A stretch of 64,000 nt of DNA from an uncultured Spirochaetota bacterium. GTDB taxonomy: Bacteria > Spirochaetota > Spirochaetia > SZUA-6 > Fen-1364. The stretch covers positions 247,591-311,590 of the forward strand of contig CAWJSK010000013.1 in the NCBI GenBank assembly GCA_963845535.1, written 5' to 3'. Made by a program: the position numbers and the translations under genes. Positions 28,495-36,023 of this stretch are shown one piece after another (the first letter of the stretch is position 1; each line of letters starts with the position of its first letter). The notes under the pieces were generated by a model that was not told where the DNA came from, made no database searches, and worked only from the letters and a program-made list of their open reading frames with translations.

Positions 28495-29081
28495 GCCGCA
28501 CCTCCTTTTCCCGTGTTCGCCAAAGCTTTCAGATTGCGAAGTACCCGCTTGATTGCCGCCGAGCGGTGGGATGAATCGAGCTTTGAAATGTAGTCGTCCA
28601 GCTCCTCAATGAGCGCTTCGAGTTCCTCGTCTGCCGTGTCCTCACCCTCGCTTTCGTCTTCTCCTTCGGTGTCCTCCTGGCCATCTATCGCTTCGCGCAG
28701 CTCCTTGACCGTCCAATGGTTCTCTGCGGCCCTTGCGAGCCATGCTTCCTGCTGCTCGGGTTCCATAGGAGCAACCAGCGAATGGTGTGAGAAAGTCAGC
28801 TTGTCAGTCCGGAGTGACAGAGCTATCCGCGAGCAGACGTACTTGAGATTACGGAGGTAGCCCTCATCGAAACCCGTTGCGTCAAGCGCCTGTGAGTAGG
28901 TTTCCCCGTAGGTGTGCTCCCCGATGTTCAGAAGGTCACCTATCCACCATTGCGAGCTACGGTGCAAGTCACAGCAGACGGAGAGAGCTACTTCCCATTC
29001 CCCATAGTCCGCGTTGCTCTTGGCCACCAAGCCCACCGGGGTTGTTTTGTACTTCGCTCCGACTTCAAGCGTGTTACTCAT
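28491..29081 (-). CDS. LmbU-like DNA-binding protein
   Basis: 'WWIGDLL..GE..YGE.Y..A...TG....LRN', 'LTFSHH..VA', 'WL.RA....WTV.ELR'. Confidence 0.7.
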   Translation of the reverse strand: MSNTLEVGAKYKTTPVGLVAKSNADYGEWEVALSVCCDLHRSSQWWIGDLLNIGEHTYGETYSQALDATGFDEGYLRNLKYVCSRIALSLRTDKLTFSHHSLVAPMEPEQQEAWLARAAENHWTVKELREAIDGQEDTEGEDESEGEDTADEELEALIEELDDYISKLDSSHRSAAIKRVLRNLKALANTGKGGAA

Positions 29082-29382
29082 CGCGCACCCCCCTGCTGTC
29101 CTGGTAGCAGGCAAGCGCCGCATCCTTGATGGACGAGTACAGGTGCTTGCGATTGCATGAGGCGATCCAGCCGATGCCATAGGGATTCTGTGCGATTCGT
29201 CCGACTGCCTCACCGGGAAAGAACACCGTGCGGATCATGGGGTGTTGCGTGCGCTGCACCGTGATCCGTGCCAGCACGTCAGCGATTCGGTCAGGGTCAA
29301 AGGCGTGAGAGACTACGGGGAGGGGATGAAAAGCGGGTACTTCCTCCGCAACGGGAAGAAGCTCGATTGAAAGATTTTCCAT
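29074..29382 (-). CDS. Hypothetical protein, first gene of the leftward operon
   Basis: CAGGAGGTG SD before ATG 29382. Confidence 0.6.
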   Translation of the reverse strand: MENLSIELLPVAEEVPAFHPLPVVSHAFDPDRIADVLARITVQRTQHPMIRTVFFPGEAVGRIAQNPYGIGWIASCNRKHLYSSIKDAALACYQDSRGVRDE

Positions 29383-29474
29383 GACGCACCTCCTGACAAG
29401 TGCTCCTGAAAAATGATTGTCGGAAAGCCGTTCAGGTTCGGCCTTGTCGGGGTTCTCCCTATCCGACAAGGCAC

Positions 29475-29503
29475 ATATTACCCTCTGTCCTTAAAGGTGT
29501 CAA
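29475..29503 (-). promoter_or_regulatory. Sigma70-type promoter of the leftward (LmbU-XerD) operon
   Basis: TTGACA-N17-TAATAT on the minus strand. Confidence 0.65.
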
Positions 29504-29584
29504 GTGGCATTCAAGACATTTTTAGGATATTTTTACCCTGCGCGGACGGTTGCATAGTTGGCAGAACGTTGACATACTTCACCT

Positions 29585-29734
29585 ATGGCCGGAGAAATCA
29601 GGGTGAGACACCTACCTCCTGACTTGCACAGAAGGCTGAAGCTCGCTGCCGTTGAACGCGAGATGGACATGAATGACTTGGCGATTCAGCTTCTTGTTGA
29701 AGGTCTGGACAGGTTGCAAAAGCCCAAAAAGTAG
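29585..29734 (+). CDS. Arc/ParG-like ribbon-helix-helix repressor, 49 aa (below the ORF-track cutoff)
   Basis: MAGEIRVRHLPPDLHRRLKLAAVEREMDMNDLAIQLLVEGLDRLQKPKK. Confidence 0.75.
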   Translation: MAGEIRVRHLPPDLHRRLKLAAVEREMDMNDLAIQLLVEGLDRLQKPKK

Positions 29735-29910
29735 CAAAACAACTTATGCCACCTCGGTACCTCAGCTGTCGCGGGTGGCAAAAGGCAATTAAGACACTTT
29801 TCCCTTGCGTGGCGTGGCAAGGCTGCATGATCGCGAGCCTTGCCGTCTCATTTATCGACCTTTTGCCAAAATGCCTCCAGACGCGCGTGACGGGCCGTGG
29901 CGCGATTTTG

Positions 29911-30330
29911 CTATTTTGGGGCGGACTGCCCCTCTTTGGTCAGCGTTCCGGTGTACTTCGCCACGGTCGTGCCCGGCGGTGCGTAGGCTTCGAGGGTGCA
30001 GGGATAAACTCCTGATGCTGCCGGGGGAAAGATTAACAGGTAGGCCCGTACATCATCATCAAGGTCGCGCAACAGGACGCCGATCCATGCTCCGGGTGAA
30101 GCAAACAGAGAATAGCCCATGGGATTTTTCTCAAAAGTGTCCCCTGGAAGATCATTCCAACGCGCGCGTGATGGCCCTCTCTCGGCGAAGATGATCACTC
30201 CGTCCTTGTGCGGGCCTCCGTCAAGGTGAATGTGCCATGTCCCGTACAGGGCTTGCGGGTCGAAAGTCTGAGCGCCTCCGGGAACGCTAATGGATAGACA
30301 CAAAAGGAGTGCCATCAGTAATCTTTTCAT
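29911..30330 (-). CDS. Secreted hypothetical protein (lipocalin-like 'LYGTW' start)
   Basis: Signal peptide 'MKRLLMALLLCLSISVPGGA'. Confidence 0.6.
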   Translation of the reverse strand: MKRLLMALLLCLSISVPGGAQTFDPQALYGTWHIHLDGGPHKDGVIIFAERGPSRARWNDLPGDTFEKNPMGYSLFASPGAWIGVLLRDLDDDVRAYLLIFPPAASGVYPCTLEAYAPPGTTVAKYTGTLTKEGQSAPK

Positions 30331-30394
30331 GCTCCCACCTTTCTCTTTACCCCCGCCCTTTTTCATGATCGTTGCTGGCGGGCAGGTGTACGCC

Positions 30395-30781
30395 CTATGG
30401 CTTGTAATCTTTGTTGCCGTAGAACGGAAGCAGGGCTTCACCAATCAAGTATTCTCCGGACTTGTCCCACTCTTCTGGATGCGCGTTGAGGTAATTCCCC
30501 ACAATAGTCAGTAGTTGGGCATTTCTAACAGTTCCCGGGATCAAGAACAGCGGTGTCGGAGTCAACGGAAGATTCAAAACTCCTTTAATCGTTCCAATCA
30601 CAAAGCCGGCATAGAGGCCCGCCTTCATGATGTCAGTTCTATCGCTCAGTGTATCGAGTTTCTCATATGCCAACCAGCCATCGTGAAGACTTTGACCGTT
30701 GAATGGATCCATAGCTTCCTGAGCCGACAGAGGGATAACCAACAGAGCAGATAGCACCGCAATGGTTCCGAGTTTTTTCAT
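30395..30781 (-). CDS. Rap1a/Tai-like periplasmic immunity-family protein
   Basis: Signal peptide; 'NGQSL..GFVIG..P..V...QL..IV..YL..HPE.......LI.EAL' pattern. Confidence 0.65.
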   Translation of the reverse strand: MKKLGTIAVLSALLVIPLSAQEAMDPFNGQSLHDGWLAYEKLDTLSDRTDIMKAGLYAGFVIGTIKGVLNLPLTPTPLFLIPGTVRNAQLLTIVGNYLNAHPEEWDKSGEYLIGEALLPFYGNKDYKP

Positions 30782-31086
30782 TTGGTCCCCTTGAATAGCT
30801 TGTTGTGATCGTAAGGCATTATAGCACGCCGTCAAAAATAGCTTCACAATCAATCCGGCCTATTCTCTTCTTGGACGTACTTCTCGCATATCTCGATGAA
30901 CCGTGCCGCAGCCTGCGCCCAGGTGTACCGCGTGTGCATCCATTCGCTGGCCTTTTTCCCGTGCTTCAGCCCTATAGGCTAATCGCCAGAACTTTACACG
31001 GGAGCCCCCGGGATGACCGTGGGATTTTTCATGCTCTCTCACCAGCGTTTTGTGTGATAGAGTGAGGTAGGAAAGGGGATTTCAAT

Positions 31087-31392
31087 ATGTCGGTTTTGGT
31101 TACAAATCTTCCGAACACCGGTGACGAGAAGTGCGGTTGCGATTCTTGGATCAGGCATTGGGAGCGCTTCACAGGAAGGGAAGCGCGCCGTTGCGTGGCG
31201 AAGGGATGCTTGAAAGCCGCCGAAAATGGGGCACACGTCAAGGTTGTCGGATATAAGGACGATTCACCTTACATTGTCCCTTTGTGTGATGAGCACAACC
31301 AGGACAAGGGGCAATTTGAGCTTATCGACATACCAACGGGTGGGAAACTGCTCGCACCGGCTAATGAAAGGTCTTTCTGCGCCAAAGATTAG
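31087..31392 (+). CDS. Small Cys-rich His-Me-finger (HNH-like) protein
   Basis: 'CGCDSWIRHWE..C....C....GAHV..YIVPLCDEHN'. Confidence 0.6.
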   Translation: MSVLVTNLPNTGDEKCGCDSWIRHWERFTGREARRCVAKGCLKAAENGAHVKVVGYKDDSPYIVPLCDEHNQDKGQFELIDIPTGGKLLAPANERSFCAKD

Positions 31393-31520
31393 GCGTGCCT
31401 CACCGCCGCACACTGGCCGTTCCTTGTGCCGTGGATGCGGTCACAGTTGCTTTCGTATTCGCTTGAAAGAAACGCGCCCAAGGGACGGAACCCGGAGCCC
31501 TGGACGCGAGGAGACAGAGG

Positions 31521-31688
31521 TTACTTGTTGATTCGCGGGTCTGACATATAGACCGTGGACCGTGGGATGCGCGCCTGCTCCGCGTTGTAGGTGTCGGCGT
31601 AGTGAAGCATGTAGCGCTCCATGAGATCGGGCATGTCCATTTCCGCCCGCTGGTTTCTAAATGTTCCGGTGGCTCGGTCGTAGATCAC
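31521..31688 (-). CDS. Hypothetical 55-aa protein
   Basis: GTGA overlap with the upstream stop; open to TAA 31521. Confidence 0.45.
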   Translation of the reverse strand: MIYDRATGTFRNQRAEMDMPDLMERYMLHYADTYNAEQARIPRSTVYMSDPRINK

Positions 31689-32011
31689 GCCGCGCTCTCT
31701 GGACCATCTGCTGCCGTGCGTAGGGAAGGGTACTCACGGAGCAATTCTTTCCGTGCCACACCCTTTGCGTTCTTGGTTGCGTGCTTCTGCGCGATCACGC
31801 CGGCCAGTCCCGGCAATTCCTCCCGCTCCGCTTGGTCAAATGAGAATCCATAGCCCATCTCGCGGGCTCGTTTTCCATACTTCTCAAGCGCCGCTCGGTG
31901 CGCTGGGGGCAATTCTCGACGGGCTTGCTCTACCTGGGAGCCTGTATCCTGCGCGGCCTGTTCTGCCGTTGCTTCTTCTTCCTCCTGGTCCAGTTCTTCG
32001 ATATCTACCAT
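31685..32011 (-). CDS. Acidic helical protein ending 'LLREYPSL' (scaffold-like)
   Basis: AAGGA SD before ATG 32011; acidic N-terminus. Confidence 0.6.
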   Translation of the reverse strand: MVDIEELDQEEEEATAEQAAQDTGSQVEQARRELPPAHRAALEKYGKRAREMGYGFSFDQAEREELPGLAGVIAQKHATKNAKGVARKELLREYPSLRTAADGPESAA

Positions 32012-32168
32012 GTTGCTTTTCCTTGTATCTTGGCCAGCGTCCCCGCGTTGTGTCCCGCTCTCGGCGCATGCTCTACCCTCTCCCCTGGCCGTGGCCACGG
32101 CCGGGAACAGGTTCAAGAGGATTCGCTCTGAATGGTTAGGCGCGGGAACGCGCCAGGTGTGTTAGTCG

Positions 32169-32543
32169 TTAGGCCGGGAATTCCGGGGGGTCAGAGCCGA
32201 TGCTCTTATCCTTGGTGGGACTGCCCCGCATCGTTGGATAGCTGCGGAGCCTTTCGTTACGCTCTGCGCGTAGCCGCGCCGCTCGCGCCTCCCTTGCGGG
32301 TGCCTCCCTGCGAGCTTGCAAGTCATCGGCTGCCTGCTGGATGGGATAGTCGTCACGCAGTTCGCGGGTGTCAACCAAGTAGTTGTCAAGCTCGCGCTGC
32401 ACTCCGCGTGCGTCGCGTCTCCGATTCTCCGCGCGCTCCTTGTCTCCGGCGGCCTCAAGTCCAGCCGCTTCCTTTTGGAGCGCTTCAACCTTGCCAGTCA
32501 GCTTGTCAACGATGCCCTGGTCCCTTGGCTGTAGTGCACTCAT
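32169..32543 (-). CDS. Charged coiled-coil protein with 'LRSYPTM' motif
   Basis: AGGAAGG SD, ATGA overlap. Confidence 0.6.
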   Translation of the reverse strand: MSALQPRDQGIVDKLTGKVEALQKEAAGLEAAGDKERAENRRRDARGVQRELDNYLVDTRELRDDYPIQQAADDLQARREAPAREARAARLRAERNERLRSYPTMRGSPTKDKSIGSDPPEFPA

Positions 32544-32698
32544 TTGACCTTCCTTTCGTTGCGTGCCCGCTCCTCTTCGGCAACGCTCGGGTATTCCTTC
32601 AAGAGCGCCGCCCTCTCCGGAGAGGTTTCCCGATCAGCCGGGGAGCCGAATTGCCCTTCAAACATTGTGCCTGTTAGGCTTTTTGCCGACTCGCTCAA
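32540..32698 (-). CDS. 52-aa protein with 'LLKEYPSV' motif
   Basis: TTGA and ATGA overlaps with neighbours; read manually. Confidence 0.45.
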   Translation of the reverse strand: MSESAKSLTGTMFEGQFGSPADRETSPERAALLKEYPSVAEEERARNERKVK

Positions 32699-32838
32699 GC
32701 CAACGCTTCTTTCTTGCCAAGCTCCTCATTCAAGCGTAGGACGCCGAGATCGGTTTCGGACACCGGCTTGCCGTCTATCATGTTCTGCAAGGTTGCCATA
32801 GCGCCGACCTTGATTAGCTCTCTCTCTGCCTGCATCAT
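32695..32838 (-). CDS. Hypothetical 47-aa protein
   Basis: AGGGGG SD, ATGA overlap; read manually. Confidence 0.45.
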   Translation of the reverse strand: MMQAERELIKVGAMATLQNMIDGKPVSETDLGVLRLNEELGKKEALA

Positions 32839-33023
32839 GCGTTCCCCCTGCGCTTCGCGCCGTCCGGTTCCTGCGTGTCCTTGGTCGTCGTCCGAGGGTG
32901 CTTATGTCGCTCGTCCACGATCCGGTCACGGTCGTGAAGTATGTTCACGTCCAAATCACCGCCCGCTTTCCTTCCTCTGGGTGTGCCGCCCCCTGTAGGG
33001 GTGCCTGCCGTGGTAACCGCCAT
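32835..33023 (-). CDS. Hypothetical 62-aa protein
   Basis: Part of a tightly coupled gene chain. Confidence 0.45.
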   Translation of the reverse strand: MAVTTAGTPTGGGTPRGRKAGGDLDVNILHDRDRIVDERHKHPRTTTKDTQEPDGAKRRGNA

Positions 33024-33024
33024 G

Positions 33025-33159
33025 CTATCGCCTGCCTTTTCTTGAGGCGTTGGCCGTCCTCACGCCTGCCTTGATCCCCTTCGGACGCTTCCGACCGCTG
33101 GGGGCTCTGTCCTTGTACTTGATTGCCGCGATCTGCGCCGGCGTAAGATTTTTTCCCAT
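33025..33159 (-). CDS. Very basic 44-aa peptide
   Basis: CAGGAG SD; MGKNLTPAQIAAIKYK..RKGRR. Confidence 0.45.
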   Translation of the reverse strand: MGKNLTPAQIAAIKYKDRAPSGRKRPKGIKAGVRTANASRKGRR

Positions 33160-33279
33160 ATCTGTAGTCTCCTGAAATGAAAACACGCCAAGCCGCGAGC
33201 ACACGGCCCGCGTTCCCTTGGTCGTTTTTGATGCCATGAAAATTTCTGTTCAAAGGGTATTTTCGCTCCGGCCCAAATC

Positions 33280-33930
33280 CTAACCCTTCAACCTGGCAAT
33301 CAGCGCCGCCCGTGCCTCCGGGAAATCTTCTTCCGACAAAACCTCCCAAACCGTGGGAAGCGAATCGATTACCTGTTGTTGAATGTTCACCTGTACGGCC
33401 GTGCCTATGCTTGGCTTGATCTCCCCGGTAAGGCCCCCGAGTATCTTTAGCTGTGATTCGAGCCTTTCCAGGCTCTTGAGCACCAGCTCTCTCGGATCGG
33501 CAACTCTATACCGGCTCCCTATGACGTGTTTTCCTGTCTTGTCCAGGAGTTGGGAAAGCATCGCGCGTTTCATCACGGACTTGAATCCGTCAGCCGCCGG
33601 GACTTTCTCCTCGTAGATCACTTCTATGTCTCGATCCCGTGGGCCAAGGTCGTATTCGTCGGGGTTGTCGGGGTCACGGAGAAACCTATCGCATGCCCGC
33701 CAGAGCGTTTCCGCTCGCTGGATATAGCGTTTAATATCCTGCAATGCGGAGGTGGTTACTTCCTCCTTACGTTCTGAAATAAGTGCGCTTATGTGCGCCT
33801 TGTGCTTTTGTACCGCTGTGGGTTTGAGCCCGAACCTCTCCGCAATATCCCTCACAGGCTCCCCCTTCATCAGGGCTTTGTTTAGCTCCTTCGCCTGCTT
33901 ATGACGGCAGGCGGTACATGTGCGTGCCAT
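33280..33930 (-). CDS. Putative terminase small subunit (Zn-binding HTH)
   Basis: 'CTACRH..LMKGEPVRDIAERFGL..AVQKHKAH' N-terminus, helical middle, 'LTGEI..VQVNI' tail typical of TerS-like proteins. Confidence 0.6.
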   Translation of the reverse strand: MARTCTACRHKQAKELNKALMKGEPVRDIAERFGLKPTAVQKHKAHISALISERKEEVTTSALQDIKRYIQRAETLWRACDRFLRDPDNPDEYDLGPRDRDIEVIYEEKVPAADGFKSVMKRAMLSQLLDKTGKHVIGSRYRVADPRELVLKSLERLESQLKILGGLTGEIKPSIGTAVQVNIQQQVIDSLPTVWEVLSEEDFPEARAALIARLKG

Positions 33931-34110
33931 CTACGCCGCCCCCTCCGCTACTGCTGCCAGGAATACGTCCCCGGGCTTGGGGATTGCGCTTCGGTCCCGC
34001 AACCGCTCGCGTCCGCATCCGCTCCCTTTCCAGAAGGCGCACAGCTCCCGCAAACACTTCTTTTCACACCCTCGGTCCGGCAGTAGCGGTGCCCGCCATC
34101 GTTTTTTCAT
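33931..34110 (-). CDS. 59-aa Cys-containing basic protein
   Basis: GGGAGG SD; stop abuts the TerS-like ATG. Confidence 0.45.
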   Translation of the reverse strand: MKKRWRAPLLPDRGCEKKCLRELCAFWKGSGCGRERLRDRSAIPKPGDVFLAAVAEGAA

Positions 34111-34319
34111 GCTGGTACGTCCTCCCTTTCCGCTTCAAAGCGGGTAATCTGCTCCTCCGCGCCGAGTGGATCCCGGTCCTCGGGGAGTTTCTTGCCTTTG
34201 CCTGGTGCCAAGGGAGCGCCGTCGTGCTTGTGAGCCCGCCAGCCGACCTCCCATGCCGTAAAGTCATCAACCATCCAGGCAGGGGGCACAAAGCCCGCGC
34301 CCGGATCTTCCAGGTGCAT
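34107..34319 (-). CDS. Hypothetical 70-aa protein
   Basis: AGGAGG SD, ATGA overlap. Confidence 0.5.
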   Translation of the reverse strand: MHLEDPGAGFVPPAWMVDDFTAWEVGWRAHKHDGAPLAPGKGKKLPEDRDPLGAEEQITRFEAEREDVPA

Positions 34320-34424
34320 GATCCCTCCTGCGGCCTTCTGGCCGCCCGATCTTGTGAAATCGTGCTCTGTGGTGAGAGCAAGGCAGCGTCCGCGCGGGAG
34401 CTGCCGTATGATTGGACGGCCGCG

Positions 34425-35327
34425 TTAGGCCGCTGTAGCCGTCTTGGCCGCTTTCAAGTGTTCGAGGGCCGCCCTTGCGAACGGGTTGCCCTGCGCTGCC
34501 TGTTCTTCGAGAGGGATAGCAGGGGGCCGCGTGTCAGGCTCGGGAGGCCGTGGAGTTGGCGCCTCCGCCCTGCTCGTAACCTTCTTCGCCTTCGGTTTGT
34601 AGTGCGTCGCATAGTCAGCGCCGAACCACTGAGCTTTCGACGGCCGCTCTTTAAGCATGACTCCCCAGGCTGCGACGATGGTTTCGACGTCCTCGCCTTT
34701 CAAGAGGAGCGCTTCGGCCTGCGCGAAGTGGGGTGACTCTGCACCGGTGAGTCTTTGTAACCTGGCGTGGAGGTTTCCTTTCTCACCATGCGGAGCTGAG
34801 GGGGGTTCTTCCCCCTTCTTTTTTTCTTCAAGCATCTTTTCTTCTTCAAGCACTTGTTGTCTGGCACCGCTGGTGTGGTCCACCGCTGGACGGTCTTTCA
34901 CTCCAGCGGTCGATTCTCCCATATTTGCCGCTGGTGTGGTTTTCACCCCAACGGTTCCGGGATTCGAGACAAGGTTGAGTTTGGTGTAATGCTTCGCCAT
35001 CTTCCCGGACGACTCTCTCCGTTGGATGTACTCGATGAGGCCCATTTCGTGCAGGAGGGCCTTGGCATCTTTCACGCGATCCATTCCCATATGCAGGCCG
35101 CTGGTCAGATAGCCGTTGGTAGCCCAGGGCTGGTTGGTTCCCTGGCGGCGATAGGTGAGAAGCAATTTGAGATAGACGAGCGCCGCATCCTGCCCCGGCT
35201 TTTCCTTTGCGAGAAAAGCCTCGAACAGACCGGCCGACATTGGCAGACTGTCCTGACGGTAGTCAACCTGAAGCTGTTCGGTTTCTTCTTCGGCGAGCTG
35301 AGGGCCGTCGCCTTGTTTGTTGTCCAT
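34425..35327 (-). CDS. Phage-type HTH replication initiator
   Basis: N-terminal wHTH ('ATNGYL..GL.MG..RV..AK..L.EMGLI'), low-complexity linker with DNA repeats, follows xis. Confidence 0.65.
   Translation of the reverse strand: MDNKQGDGPQLAEEETEQLQVDYRQDSLPMSAGLFEAFLAKEKPGQDAALVYLKLLLTYRRQGTNQPWATNGYLTSGLHMGMDRVKDAKALLHEMGLIEYIQRRESSGKMAKHYTKLNLVSNPGTVGVKTTPAANMGESTAGVKDRPAVDHTSGARQQVLEEEKMLEEKKKGEEPPSAPHGEKGNLHARLQRLTGAESPHFAQAEALLLKGEDVETIVAAWGVMLKERPSKAQWFGADYATHYKPKAKKVTSRAEAPTPRPPEPDTRPPAIPLEEQAAQGNPFARAALEHLKAAKTATAA
34811..34955. repeat. Candidate origin of replication inside rep
   Basis: Five RCCGYTGG half-sites forming two 13-nt-spaced inverted pairs, beside a pyrimidine/T-rich tract. 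Confidence 0.55.
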
Positions 35328-35361
35328 GTTCTCTCCCTGGGTTTTCCTCCTCACCAAGGGC

Positions 35362-35565
35362 TTATTGTTCAGTCGCCTCGGCTGACGAAAGCACGGGTTC
35401 AATTTCGCGCTCACGGAGCCATTCCTGTAGCTGCTGCTCGCTGTACCTGTTGCTGGCACCCAGCTTGTAGTGGCGTAGCCTTCCGCCCGCTGTCTCTGTG
35501 TAGACAAAGCTTGTGGACACTTTAAGAAATGCCGCCGCTTCTCCGACGGTCATCAACTCGGCCAT
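35362..35565 (-). CDS. Excisionase/HTH_17 DNA-binding protein
   Basis: 'LMTVGEAAAFLKVSTSFVY..G.L...KLG...RY....L..WL'. Confidence 0.85.
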   Translation of the reverse strand: MAELMTVGEAAAFLKVSTSFVYTETAGGRLRHYKLGASNRYSEQQLQEWLREREIEPVLSSAEATEQ

Positions 35566-35584
35566 GTGGCCTCCATTCTTGGGA

Positions 35585-35690
35585 TTGACTTGCGGGGGGA
35601 TCGCGGTTATCGTTTGGGTGTTGATAGTGGCGAACCCCGCAAGGAAGCCCTGAGCCCTCGATGCCGTTACAGCGGCCGCGAGGGTTTTTT
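35585..35690 (+). ncRNA. Promoter plus ~70-nt counter-transcript ending in an intrinsic terminator
   Basis: TTGACT-N17-TATCGT (35585-35613); stem agccctcg/cgagggtt followed by a T-run. Confidence 0.45.
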
Positions 35691-35721
35691 GTTGTCCTGG
35701 CTACGCCAGGGTTTGAGCATT

Positions 35722-35756
35722 AAAAAAAGCCCGGTCTAACGGGCTTCTCTTTCTTT
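35722..35756. terminator. Bidirectional intrinsic terminator
   Basis: A7-gcccg-gtctaa-cgggc followed by a T-rich tract. Confidence 0.7.
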
Positions 35757-35771
35757 GTTGGCTACTATTTT

Positions 35772-35978
35772 TTAGGCGGCCTGATCGTGAGCGCGCCGGC
35801 TCTTGACCGCGATCTCTTTGTAAAGCTCTGGAGTGCCGAGCCGCTGCCGCGTCGATTCCAGGCAATCCTGCAACGCGACCCGCGCCAATTGTGAGGCCGA
35901 GATCGAAAGCTCATCTGCGATTAAGAACAACTCAGCCTTGATCCTATGACCAAGCTTCAAACCGAGATACTCGTCCAT
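35772..35978 (-). CDS. Ribbon-helix-helix DNA-binding protein
   Basis: 'YLGLKL....KAEL..IA....IS.SQL.R.AL'; AAGGAGG SD. Confidence 0.65.
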   Translation of the reverse strand: MDEYLGLKLGHRIKAELFLIADELSISASQLARVALQDCLESTRQRLGTPELYKEIAVKSRRAHDQAA

Positions 35979-36023
35979 ATGGCGCCTCCTTTTGAGCGTG
36001 TTGGATTTGGTTAAACCTGAAAA

